Shown here in pieces: positions 21,904 to 31,889 of a stretch of 64,000 nucleotides of DNA; the first letter of the stretch is position 1; every line of letters begins with the position of its first letter. Source of the stretch: a virus. Position numbers and translations under genes: made by a program. Where the stretch lies: IMG/VR virus record IMGVR_UViG_3300025005_000002, positions 1 through 64,000 of that record. One strand, 5' to 3'. The notes under the pieces are model-generated. The model was not told the origin of the DNA. It did no database searches and worked only from the letters and a program-made list of their open reading frames with translations.

Positions 21904-23285
21904 TGGCATTTTCATATAACATACCATCGGATATTCAATATGGGCAGGTAATAAGTCTTGGACAACAATTATATATTAATACAATAGATCTGGATGTCAT
22001 TACATCGGAAGATATTACTTTTGATGTATATATTAGGACGTCAGAGTATCAATATGCATATGATGGGCCGAATAAACAAATATTTGATAGGCTTGAAAAT
22101 TTAAATAATTTTACTACTGTATATGGGTCCTGGGGGATAGATAGTTGGATTAGTAGTGCTCAAGTAGACAAGAAAGCCGTTATAGCTACCACATATAACC
22201 AATTTGCATTTGTGTATTATCAAGAAACTGATAATATAACTTGGTCTGGAAACGTAAGAGATTTTATTATTGACGTTGATATGACAGTTTATAGTCCTTT
22301 TAAAAGATATTACGGTGCCCAAAAAAGTACTATCATATATGCTGGACTACCATCAGAAGGGATTGCATACCCAACGGTTGGTGGAACATATCAATGGTTA
22401 TATTATTTAAATGACCATAGTGTGGACTTGACTGTTGGTGATGTTGTTAGAGCGTATAATACAGATGGAACATATGAAGAGCTTACTATCGCTACTATAC
22501 ACCCCCCTGGTAATTATTACTCTTCGCCTGGATATTTTCCGTATTCACCGTACATGTATTGTACTTTTACAACCTCAGCGACTAAGAATTATTCGTTTTT
22601 TGGGTCATATTTACAATTAGTAGAACGTCCAAGTGGTAATCCTGGTGGTAGTGGGTATGTGGGGTTTGGATATATAGATGGGGCTACGGAATTTTATGTG
22701 GCTGGGTTTAATATATCAACACAGAAATGGGAGATAGGAAGATATAATCCAACGACTAGCACATTGATAATAGACACGTATGTGGTTGATTATTTGTTGT
22801 CATGGGGCACCCGTCGTATAAAGGTTAATGTAGAATATGATGGAGATGCCAATGAAACTACAGTATATTTAATATATAATGATGAGACAAAGTTATCATA
22901 TATATATCCAACAATCATAGTTGGTAAGGTGGGTATGGCAGCGAATAATTCTAGGACATATTTCAATGATTTTTCATTTATTACTCCATCTTATGAGTGG
23001 ACTGAGTGGGACCATTTTACCAATACGAGCGTATTACTTATTGGCAAACGTGCAAGTATAGCACAAATGTATATATCATGGACAAAAAATCAAACTTATG
23101 TAGGTGTAATACCACGGCTAAATTCAATAACTTTTAATGGCACATATAACAATTGTTACCCATCACCAGATGATTTAACATGGGGGGATAGTTCATCATT
23201 ACCGTGGTATGCGATAGATAATGGCAAAACTATTGGGTTACCATCTGGTAAATATGTACAACTTAGATTAACAATAAGAGTTTAA
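21903..23285 (+). CDS. Tail protein with lectin-like beta-sandwich
   Basis: GKVGMAANNSRTYFNDFS resembles concanavalin/LamG-type ends; Y/W-rich. Confidence 0.45.
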   Translation: MAFSYNIPSDIQYGQVISLGQQLYINTIDLDVITSEDITFDVYIRTSEYQYAYDGPNKQIFDRLENLNNFTTVYGSWGIDSWISSAQVDKKAVIATTYNQFAFVYYQETDNITWSGNVRDFIIDVDMTVYSPFKRYYGAQKSTIIYAGLPSEGIAYPTVGGTYQWLYYLNDHSVDLTVGDVVRAYNTDGTYEELTIATIHPPGNYYSSPGYFPYSPYMYCTFTTSATKNYSFFGSYLQLVERPSGNPGGSGYVGFGYIDGATEFYVAGFNISTQKWEIGRYNPTTSTLIIDTYVVDYLLSWGTRRIKVNVEYDGDANETTVYLIYNDETKLSYIYPTIIVGKVGMAANNSRTYFNDFSFITPSYEWTEWDHFTNTSVLLIGKRASIAQMYISWTKNQTYVGVIPRLNSITFNGTYNNCYPSPDDLTWGDSSSLPWYAIDNGKTIGLPSGKYVQLRLTIRV

Positions 23286-23286
23286 T

Positions 23287-23886
23287 ATGGCCAATATAAT
23301 TAATTATTGGGTGGAATTTACTGGCACAGAAGAATCTAGGAATTTGGTGTGTTCGTATAATATTAGTGGTGGTGTGGCACCATATTATCACTCTGGTGTG
23401 TGGAATACTCGCAAATTAATAGAAGATGATGTTAATGTAGCTGATTTCAGATATTATATCCGTGTTTCTATAACAGTTGATACACTTGGCCGTGGTACAG
23501 CAGATATTAAATATGTTGTTACTGATTTTGCTGAAACTACTGATACTGTTGGGTCTGCCATACATGCATCACCTTCTACTGCAGGAGTTGATACTGGATC
23601 ATTTGGTATGAGTGGATGGGTTGGATATCATCAATTACCTGGATCATTCACATTACTAGCACAGGTAGTTAAAATTATTGATGGATCATTTAATATTATA
23701 TTAATAAATGATTTATATGATCCAATAGGTGGGTCATTTAACATTGGTGAAGAATTATTGGTTGGACAAGATGCTGTTGGTGATTATAACTTATATGCTG
23801 TTATTGATGGAGTACTTATCAAAATTGATATTATACCCGATGAGATTAAACAAGCACTTATTATATCTGGCGTTAAATTTAGTTAA
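23287..23886 (+). CDS. Structural protein, hypothetical
   Basis: Coupled ORF in the tail cluster. Confidence 0.5.
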   Translation: MANIINYWVEFTGTEESRNLVCSYNISGGVAPYYHSGVWNTRKLIEDDVNVADFRYYIRVSITVDTLGRGTADIKYVVTDFAETTDTVGSAIHASPSTAGVDTGSFGMSGWVGYHQLPGSFTLLAQVVKIIDGSFNIILINDLYDPIGGSFNIGEELLVGQDAVGDYNLYAVIDGVLIKIDIIPDEIKQALIISGVKFS

Positions 23887-23934
23887 TTATTATTTAGAAC
23901 GATAAACACACAAATAATTTGTTTTGGAGGGGCT

Positions 23935-26118
23935 ATGGTTGAAGCGTACAAATGGTTTTTACCTAAAATCAAACTCAATAAAGTACAGAAGCAAGATGGG
24001 TGGGACACAAAATATTTGTCTATTAATATTGTAACAATTGGGCAGACTAATTATCTAAGTAAATGCTTAAGTACTATATATGCAACTATACCAGAGAATT
24101 TTCCACCTTCAGAGGTCAATATATGGGAAAATGGTTCATCACAAGAAACACAGGAAAATGTTAGACAGGCGCTGATGGCTGCTGGTCAGCATCCAAGTTT
24201 TGTTGCCCATTTTTTCCCACATAATGCAAATATAGGGTTTGCGGCTGCACATAATAAAATGGTTGGGCTGTCAGCTGGTAGATATTTGTGTATGTTAAAT
24301 GATGATATGGAGATATTTGAACAGGATTGGGCATCAAAGATGATTAAACAGTTATCTGCAACGACCTTGCAAATTGGTGGATTTAATCAGTCCGTATGTA
24401 ATAGGTTAAATTCTAATGGGCACGGATTTTGTGCGCCACCACATATATCAGAATATTGTGATGGCGCGTTTATTATGATGAATATGGAATGGGCTCGTGC
24501 ACTTGGGCCATGGGATACTGATTTATTTAGAATCGCTTACTGTGAAGATCCAGATTTATCATTACGTATACGTGCATTAGGGTATTCAGCTAAGGTTATG
24601 CCAATAAACCATATTCATCATAGGGCGAAAACTACGTCTACTATTAGAGATATTGATTTAGATGGGTTTGCATCAATTAATCGGATTAGGTTACTTGCTA
24701 GATGGGGCTGGTATATCTCAAAAAGAGATTTTTGGGTAAGGATTGCCGTTGTGCGAGCCGCTGCAGCTGGTGATACGCTTATGGCTACATCGGTGATATC
24801 AAAGATTAGAGAGCTTGCCCCAGAAGCAGTAATTGATGTTTATACGAATTTTCCAGCAATGTTTGCAAATAATACAAAGATGGACAATTGTTATTTAATG
24901 AATTTGTGGGAGCAAAATAGGCGCAAATATCATTCAGTAATTATGTTAAATGATGCATATGAGCGTGATACAAAAGAGTTGAGTTATAGGGCTTATTATA
25001 AGGTGGCTGGCATGCATAATGAGCCCATTGTACCACCAGAGATTTACTTCTCAAAGGGAGAATTAGAAGAAGCAGATAAAATCATTGCTGTCCATAAAAA
25101 TACTTATGGTGATAAGCCGGTTGCTATATTTCATACTGGGAAAACAAATTGGCTTGGTAGAAATTTAGAAATAGAAAAGTTTGAGGCTGTTGCTGGGTAT
25201 TTACAGGAGAAAGGGTGGTCGATTGTAGAGGTGGGTGGTAAAGAAACTGATAAGATGGTAATCGAGTCTACAAAATTACAGGGTGAAGATATCTCAGTGC
25301 GTATTACAATGGCAATTATTGGTAAGGCCGATCTTTTTGTTGGCATCGATTCGTTTCCATGGAATGTTGCACAGACATGTAGAGTACCATCGGTGGTTGT
25401 CTTTGGGTGCATTGATCCAAAGTATCGCATTTTAGATACAAAGAAAACGGTAGCTGTTCAATCATTAGACAAAAGTTGCTTAGGATGTCATCATGAGTAT
25501 CTTGGTCCAATTCATGAATCTCAATGTATGAGAAAAAGGAGTGGGTATAAAAACTCACCAGTGGCTCCGTGTATGGAGGACATAAATGTTGGGCAATTAA
25601 TCGAGGCAGTAGATAAAGTATTAAAGGAGAATATCGCTATGTCTGAAACTGCAAAAATTCGTGAAAAGGTTGTTGAATATATTAAGGAAACTGAATTTGG
25701 TATTGATATTGGTTGTGGTCCAGATAAGTTGTATAAGTCTAGTATTGGGGTGGATAAATATAAAACTATGGTAGTAGACCATGTATGTGATGCTAGGGAA
25801 TTGCCGTTTGAAAATGGCACATTAGACTATGTATTTTCTAGCCATTGTTTAGAAGATTTCATTGACAAAGAGAATGTATTAGTAGAATGGTGTCGTGTAA
25901 TCAAGCCAGGTGGGAAGATTGCTTTGTATCTACCACATAAGGATTATTATAAGGGATGCAATTTAGATCATTATGAATTATTTGATTCAGAATACATAAA
26001 GCCTATTTTAGAGGTACTTGGGTTTAAAATTGATCTAGATTATCTAGATATCGGGGATTATAACGGTGCTAAAGATGACAGGTACTCGTTTCTGGTGATA
26101 GCAACAAAGAATGTCTGA
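23935..26118 (+). CDS. Fused glycosyltransferase GT2 + GT9 + class I SAM methyltransferase
   Basis: GT2: ENGS, NIGFAAAHN, LNDD, YCEDPDL; GT9: AGDTLM, FVGIDS...VPSVVVFG; MTase: IDIGCG, LPFENGTLDYVFSSHCLE, VIKPGG. Confidence 0.85.
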   Translation: MVEAYKWFLPKIKLNKVQKQDGWDTKYLSINIVTIGQTNYLSKCLSTIYATIPENFPPSEVNIWENGSSQETQENVRQALMAAGQHPSFVAHFFPHNANIGFAAAHNKMVGLSAGRYLCMLNDDMEIFEQDWASKMIKQLSATTLQIGGFNQSVCNRLNSNGHGFCAPPHISEYCDGAFIMMNMEWARALGPWDTDLFRIAYCEDPDLSLRIRALGYSAKVMPINHIHHRAKTTSTIRDIDLDGFASINRIRLLARWGWYISKRDFWVRIAVVRAAAAGDTLMATSVISKIRELAPEAVIDVYTNFPAMFANNTKMDNCYLMNLWEQNRRKYHSVIMLNDAYERDTKELSYRAYYKVAGMHNEPIVPPEIYFSKGELEEADKIIAVHKNTYGDKPVAIFHTGKTNWLGRNLEIEKFEAVAGYLQEKGWSIVEVGGKETDKMVIESTKLQGEDISVRITMAIIGKADLFVGIDSFPWNVAQTCRVPSVVVFGCIDPKYRILDTKKTVAVQSLDKSCLGCHHEYLGPIHESQCMRKRSGYKNSPVAPCMEDINVGQLIEAVDKVLKENIAMSETAKIREKVVEYIKETEFGIDIGCGPDKLYKSSIGVDKYKTMVVDHVCDARELPFENGTLDYVFSSHCLEDFIDKENVLVEWCRVIKPGGKIALYLPHKDYYKGCNLDHYELFDSEYIKPILEVLGFKIDLDYLDIGDYNGAKDDRYSFLVIATKNV

Positions 26119-27871
26119 CCCCATATATAGAAAGAAGACAAAGGACAACAAATGGGTTGCATGGACTCCACCCATATACCAATGGGTGGGGAAGGATGGA
26201 GAAAGACATTTTTCTGATGGATTTGCAATACCTATAGAATGTAAAATAGAGAAAGTATATGCTGACATTGATGTGTTAGAAGCTGATGAGGCTACAGCAG
26301 TATTATTGTCGGAGGATTCGCCAGGGGGGATAATATTAACCAAGTATAAAGAATCTAATCTAAACCGTATTACAGACCAAACAAAATATGGCAAAATAAG
26401 AGGTGCTAACATTAGAGAGGTTGTACCAAATAAAATACCACAACAAGATACTAGAAATTCTAGTATATTTGGTAGGCCGATCATACCATCAAAAAATTTT
26501 ATAATTTATACATTTTTTGATGGTGCCGCACATTTTTCTGATAATCACAGGTATAAAGAACTTGGTAGATTTGTGAATGATGTTTTCCATGCTGGGCAGT
26601 GGTGGGAGGATGGGCTAGAAGGCATAATAAATACTAGGGATTATATTAATAATTTAAGTAAGAAAATATATACCAATTTAGACCATATTGATGAAGAATT
26701 AGCTTCGCATCCAAATAAAATTAATACATACCATTTTCAACATGAGATTAGATATGCTAACCAATTTTCTATTGATACAGTACTTGAGATTGACGCAGAT
26801 ACTGGTGATGGACTATTAATTGATTCATTTGATTATAACCAAGAGCAACAGGATTTTGCTGAAAATGGGCTTTTTACTGATATTTCCACAATTTTGACTA
26901 AACCACCAGGGTACCAGATTAATACAAATAGTGGGGTTATTGGATTATATAATAATAATGCAAACCCATATGTTGCTAGTCCTTCATGGAAAGACAAATT
27001 TGGTATTAAGGTACAAATGCCTAGAAAAGGATCAGAGATTTTACATATTGGGTTTAGTGATTCAGCAGATAGGTACCCAACTTTTAATACTAGAGACACT
27101 AGTAAATTTATTGTATCATCTAGTAGAACCAAATGGGATAGTCATGAAGGGCTTTTCATCCCACACGGTACTAATCCAACAATAGAGCTTATATTATCTC
27201 CCAATAAATGGCGGTACATCTTTTGGACTTATGTAATGTATTATTGTGTACAATTTACTAGTGATTGGTATGAGGGTAGATGGGTAATGGAATTATTTGA
27301 AGATAGGCCACCATTAACACCGTATGAATATGGGACAACAACTGGAGTTGGGATTGATGAGGCATTATTAGAAGCAATGCAGATGTATGAAGATGCATAT
27401 AAAGACGTTGTTGGTGCTGTTGGTTCTGGGACGGCTTCATATTGGGATATTTATTTAACAGATTATGGTGTTGAATTTAAAATACAATGGAGTACTGCTG
27501 CAAAAAGGATGGTCCAAGATATTTGGAATTATTCTAATAGTGGTGGGAATCCAGCGGGCACGGTATTTAGTGATGGTAAGGGTGTGGTAAAAACGCCATT
27601 TTATAATACGGCACCAGCATATATAGTACATAAGTATCCGTATGTACAGGGGCAGCTTTTAGCAACACTAAGACTTGTTTATCCAAATGGTATGGTTGAT
27701 TATAAGTATATTTATGCAAAACAAGATGAAAATACTCCTACAGTTGTAAAAGCTCGTGGTAAAATGTATTGGGATATTGTAGGTACATATGGTAGACCTG
27801 CTATACCAATGCCCAATGAATTTTCATCTAGTGCTGCTACTAGTTCATTTTATATGGGGGCAGAAGTATGA
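26111..27871 (+). CDS. Large hypothetical protein, probably virion-associated
   Basis: 586-aa ORF coupled to the GT gene; no motif recognised. Confidence 0.55.
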   Translation: MSDPIYRKKTKDNKWVAWTPPIYQWVGKDGERHFSDGFAIPIECKIEKVYADIDVLEADEATAVLLSEDSPGGIILTKYKESNLNRITDQTKYGKIRGANIREVVPNKIPQQDTRNSSIFGRPIIPSKNFIIYTFFDGAAHFSDNHRYKELGRFVNDVFHAGQWWEDGLEGIINTRDYINNLSKKIYTNLDHIDEELASHPNKINTYHFQHEIRYANQFSIDTVLEIDADTGDGLLIDSFDYNQEQQDFAENGLFTDISTILTKPPGYQINTNSGVIGLYNNNANPYVASPSWKDKFGIKVQMPRKGSEILHIGFSDSADRYPTFNTRDTSKFIVSSSRTKWDSHEGLFIPHGTNPTIELILSPNKWRYIFWTYVMYYCVQFTSDWYEGRWVMELFEDRPPLTPYEYGTTTGVGIDEALLEAMQMYEDAYKDVVGAVGSGTASYWDIYLTDYGVEFKIQWSTAAKRMVQDIWNYSNSGGNPAGTVFSDGKGVVKTPFYNTAPAYIVHKYPYVQGQLLATLRLVYPNGMVDYKYIYAKQDENTPTVVKARGKMYWDIVGTYGRPAIPMPNEFSSSAATSSFYMGAEV

Positions 27872-28140
27872 TACAACCAGATAGAAAAGCTATGGAAAGA
27901 ATGTCAAAGATTGTTAAGGATCGCATGGCTGTACATCGTATGAATGTTCAAAAGCCAGCATTAGATTTGGCGACTAAATGTATTAATATGATATTATCAC
28001 ACCCAGAGATTATACGACCAGAGTGGGATACTGATGAAGAAAAGAAGGTCATTATTGATGAATTGAAGGCAAGTATTTATAAAGAAATCATTAGTTGGTT
28101 AGACAAAGAAATTGGTACAGATAACATAACTTTTGGATAA
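27868..28140 (+). CDS. Hypothetical protein
   Basis: 90-aa coupled ORF. Confidence 0.55.
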   Translation: MIQPDRKAMERMSKIVKDRMAVHRMNVQKPALDLATKCINMILSHPEIIRPEWDTDEEKKVIIDELKASIYKEIISWLDKEIGTDNITFG

Positions 28141-28143
28141 ATA

Positions 28144-28497
28144 ATGGGATATAATGAAGTCATATTAACAGATGCAAATTTAAATAGGGTAACTTCTATC
28201 CCTATTGATTATTACATTAAAGACACCAATGTTGTTTGGAAGGGGTTTGTATATAATAGTACTGATTTAGAAATTGTTGATTGTAGGATTGCAACATCAA
28301 ATTTATATGATGGCGTATTTTCAATAAGTGGCGGTGGCATTACTGGATTCTGGCCAGTAACCTCAAATTGGGATACTACTTGTACAATCGGAGCAATAAT
28401 AAGTGGTGGGATATCACCAATTTTATTGAATATATTTATTTCCGGTGGCTCAAGTTTGGATGGTTTACAAACTGCCGCTCTATATATCTCACGATAA
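28144..28497 (+). CDS. Hypothetical beta-rich structural protein
   Basis: 117 aa with three ISGG motifs. Confidence 0.55.
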   Translation: MGYNEVILTDANLNRVTSIPIDYYIKDTNVVWKGFVYNSTDLEIVDCRIATSNLYDGVFSISGGGITGFWPVTSNWDTTCTIGAIISGGISPILLNIFISGGSSLDGLQTAALYISR

Positions 28498-28554
28498 TTA
28501 TTAATTAATCTCAGTACATCTAGCAGGTCAATTAGGATCTCCACCTAACACCTG

Positions 28555-28583
28555 TTGTATAAGAGTAATAAATATAGTATAAT
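28555..28583 (+). promoter_or_regulatory. Sigma70-type promoter
   Basis: TTGTAT, 17-bp spacer, TATAAT; AGGAG RBS before ATG 28620. Confidence 0.65.
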
Positions 28584-28619
28584 TTTATTTTAAATATTTA
28601 ATTTAAATAGGAGTAGTAT

Positions 28620-29624
28620 ATGGCATTCCCCGATGAATGGGCATACCGCAAATCAATTACTCTCAGTCGTGCTTCCGGTGCTGTCACCAATTACCAGATG
28701 AAGGTGTTAATTGGTGAAAGTTCTGGTGCCACAGGAGAGGATGTAGATTGCGGGGCTCTCTGCAAGACTGACTTCTCTGATCTGCGCTTCACCAAGGCAG
28801 ATGGTACTACGCTTCTCGATTACTACATCGAGGACGTGACCGGCACCACGCCGAACCAACTGGCAACCGTCTGGATCGAATTCGACTCTATCGGCACTGG
28901 CGCGACCACCTTCTATATGTACTACGGGAATGCTGGTGCTACCGCCGTTAGCAACGGAGCAAACACTTTTATCCTGTTCGAGGATTTCAACGCCCTTAAC
29001 GATGGGAATCTCAACGGGCAGAACGGATGGTCGGGACACGTCAATTGGGATGTTGCCACAACCACTAAGTACGAGGGAGCCAAGGCCGCGCAATCGGCAT
29101 CGGGCGGCACCACCGTCTACATCGACAAGGCGATCTCTTCCGGAGGGGCCGGCTACCATGTGTTCATGCAAGCCCGGATGCGGCATTCAGCCGTTTCAAC
29201 CGCGAATGGGTTGGATATCTACCTCAACGAGGGGACAAACCAGAACTCTGGGATTGCCATAAGCTCAGGTCAATTTGTCGCTGTGGTTTCTCCCCCCTCT
29301 TGGGTGAACATCGGGAAGGTCGCGTCGAACAACACCTGGTACAAGGTGGTCCTGGCGATCGACGCCGTGAGCTCTCATAAGACCTGGGTGGACGATGTTC
29401 AATACTCTCCCGCGAACCAAACCAACATAACGAATTTCTCGACAACGGTGAACAAGATCCGCTTGGAACAGTACACTGCGGGCGGTACTGCGCTCGTCGA
29501 TCAGATCATGGTCGGATATTACCTGCCGACTGGCCCCGCTTGGGGAGCCTGGGGCAATCAAGAGGATCTGTTGGGAGGGATTATCCCTGTCATGTTTGTT
29601 CAATATCGTAGGAGGTGGTCATGA
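28620..29624 (+). CDS. DUF2341-domain protein with C-terminal lectin-like domain (candidate receptor-binding protein)
   Basis: WAYRKSITL...NYQMKV...DFSDLRFT..DG..LLDYYIE...TVWIE is the DUF2341 signature. Confidence 0.75.
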   Translation: MAFPDEWAYRKSITLSRASGAVTNYQMKVLIGESSGATGEDVDCGALCKTDFSDLRFTKADGTTLLDYYIEDVTGTTPNQLATVWIEFDSIGTGATTFYMYYGNAGATAVSNGANTFILFEDFNALNDGNLNGQNGWSGHVNWDVATTTKYEGAKAAQSASGGTTVYIDKAISSGGAGYHVFMQARMRHSAVSTANGLDIYLNEGTNQNSGIAISSGQFVAVVSPPSWVNIGKVASNNTWYKVVLAIDAVSSHKTWVDDVQYSPANQTNITNFSTTVNKIRLEQYTAGGTALVDQIMVGYYLPTGPAWGAWGNQEDLLGGIIPVMFVQYRRRWS

Positions 29625-30322
29625 GGTATCTCAAAACTAACACAGCAGTAGTAATAACGGTTGGCCCTTTCTACGACAGTACGGATGGGGTAACGATTGA
29701 GAATAACCTTACGCCCAGTTATGAACGGATTTCTGCGGTTGTAGATTTGGGTGATGGTAATGCGCCTACAATTGTATTAGACAATATAGCTGGTGGTATT
29801 TCTGGTACATCTAATGATTTAAATTATATTACAAATTGCGATGCTGGTTTAATGCAATTAGAATTGTCAGCAGATGATACAAATTATCTTGGTAATCTTT
29901 TTGTTACTATTACTGGCAATGTCTCTGGTAGTGTCACTGGTGCAGCTACTCATGTTCCAGTGTTTCATGAATTTTCAATTATATCGTCACAAATGTGGGG
30001 GGTAATGTTTGGGACTGGGAATTTAAATGCCGATATTAAAAGTTTAAATGGTGATACTGTTGCCGCAGGCAATCTTTCAAAATCAGCCTCTACGATTTAC
30101 CAGGGGACTGTAACTGGGGCAGCTACTATTAATACCCTAATTGATTCTGGGTTAAATCAAGTTTATACAGACCATTGGAAAGGTCGTATTGTAATTTTTA
30201 GTAGTGGGGGATTAAAATACCAAGCTACAGATATTACAGGGTTTACTTCAGCAACTGATGAATTAACATTTACCACACTTACCGCAGCGCCATCTGGAGC
30301 GGATACTTATGTAGTGATCTAA
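29621..30322 (+). CDS. Structural protein, hypothetical
   Basis: GGAGG RBS before ATG 29621; T/G-rich. Confidence 0.6.
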   Translation: MRYLKTNTAVVITVGPFYDSTDGVTIENNLTPSYERISAVVDLGDGNAPTIVLDNIAGGISGTSNDLNYITNCDAGLMQLELSADDTNYLGNLFVTITGNVSGSVTGAATHVPVFHEFSIISSQMWGVMFGTGNLNADIKSLNGDTVAAGNLSKSASTIYQGTVTGAATINTLIDSGLNQVYTDHWKGRIVIFSSGGLKYQATDITGFTSATDELTFTTLTAAPSGADTYVVI

Positions 30323-31878
30323 TGACTCGCACTAGGTTAAGCCCATCTGGGGTACCAAATAAACCATATGGTTTATTTACAGGGAAACCTTTCCCTATTT
30401 TGTGTAGTATTGGTGCGAGTATTTGTGGTGCACGTAATGTAGGGGTTATAACTCAATTAGGCCCTATGGGTGGGCCTGGGAAAAGATATACTTCTCGTCT
30501 TAATACTTCTTCTTTCACTATTAATGCTAATGTATGTGGGTTTAAGTTATTAAATACTCTTTCACCTGCGTATTGTGAAGGTGTTTTAGCTGAAAACCAA
30601 AAATTATTTCAAATACCATCTTATATTTATGGTATTGATACTAAGGTATATAGTAGCCCTGCTTATATATTTGGTGTGATTAAACCAATTGTTTCTACTC
30701 CAGCATTTGTTAATGGATTAGAGTATATAACATCAGATGGAATGCCTGGGTATGTAGAGGGTGTTGAAGTTACTGCTACGTTTACTGATGCTAGTGTATG
30801 GGGTATTACTAGTATAACTGGTGGTAGCCCAGCATCAGTCCACGGATTAAATACAATTACCTCTGGAATAACTGCTAATACCATTGGTTATATAAAAGTT
30901 TCTGCAGATGGTGTTGCTGGATACGTTTGTGGTAGTGATGCACCAGTAGTATCAGTTAAATCGTATTTGCTCGGATATGATACTATTCAAGTTGGTGTGT
31001 CTGGTTGGGTAGACACAGCGATAGCGATCAATACGTTAATACCTAGTCATATAGATACATCAATACAGGGTACACCAGCAACAATAGGTGCACACTTACA
31101 CATAGTAGATTATAGTGACGTTTCTAGTATTGCATATACTCTGGGTATGCAATTCATTAGTGGGGGGCTTAAAGCTCATTCGCATGATTATTATGATCTA
31201 TTTAGGTCATCACCTTCATATATTAAGCCATATGATAGAATTACTACTGGGATGTTGGCAAGGATTTCAGATATTGTGGATTATGCTGATGGATATCAAA
31301 AAGCATGGGTATTTGGTATTTCTGGTACACTTACTCCATCAATAACTGGGTACTTGGAAGGATATGATTTAAGTACTATAAATTCATTGGCTTATGTGGA
31401 TACATCATTGGTTGTTACAGGTGGTGTATTCGCTTATATTGATCCAATAAAGTTAGATCATCGCATTAGCACGCCAGCATATTTATCTGTTGATACGCAC
31501 ATTGGTAATGGATTAACTGGGTTTGCACACTATAATGATGTTGTGATGGTTGATTCGTCATATAATAAGGTGTCTACTTTAATATGTGATTATTATCCTG
31601 GAACTGGGGATATTGTGTTTAATACTTTCTTGGTCAATGGAAAACGATATAATGTATACGACATACGGATGCGTACTGATTTTACTTGGTCAGGGAAGAT
31701 TAAAATATTGCATGGTACGGTAGAACCTTATTTGACCGACAATTGGAATACAACATATTCAATATCAGGGCCAATTAACCCAGACTGTGCTATATCTACT
31801 AGAATCACCGTTATCAATCCTGGTGTCACTGGAACAGTCATTATACCAATAGAGATAACACATAGCAATATAATGTAA
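30322..31878 (+). CDS. Repetitive beta-structured virion protein (fibre-like)
   Basis: Quasi-periodic PA(Y/F)(V/I)xG units. Confidence 0.5.
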   Translation: MTRTRLSPSGVPNKPYGLFTGKPFPILCSIGASICGARNVGVITQLGPMGGPGKRYTSRLNTSSFTINANVCGFKLLNTLSPAYCEGVLAENQKLFQIPSYIYGIDTKVYSSPAYIFGVIKPIVSTPAFVNGLEYITSDGMPGYVEGVEVTATFTDASVWGITSITGGSPASVHGLNTITSGITANTIGYIKVSADGVAGYVCGSDAPVVSVKSYLLGYDTIQVGVSGWVDTAIAINTLIPSHIDTSIQGTPATIGAHLHIVDYSDVSSIAYTLGMQFISGGLKAHSHDYYDLFRSSPSYIKPYDRITTGMLARISDIVDYADGYQKAWVFGISGTLTPSITGYLEGYDLSTINSLAYVDTSLVVTGGVFAYIDPIKLDHRISTPAYLSVDTHIGNGLTGFAHYNDVVMVDSSYNKVSTLICDYYPGTGDIVFNTFLVNGKRYNVYDIRMRTDFTWSGKIKILHGTVEPYLTDNWNTTYSISGPINPDCAISTRITVINPGVTGTVIIPIEITHSNIM

Positions 31879-31889
31879 GGAGTGATATC

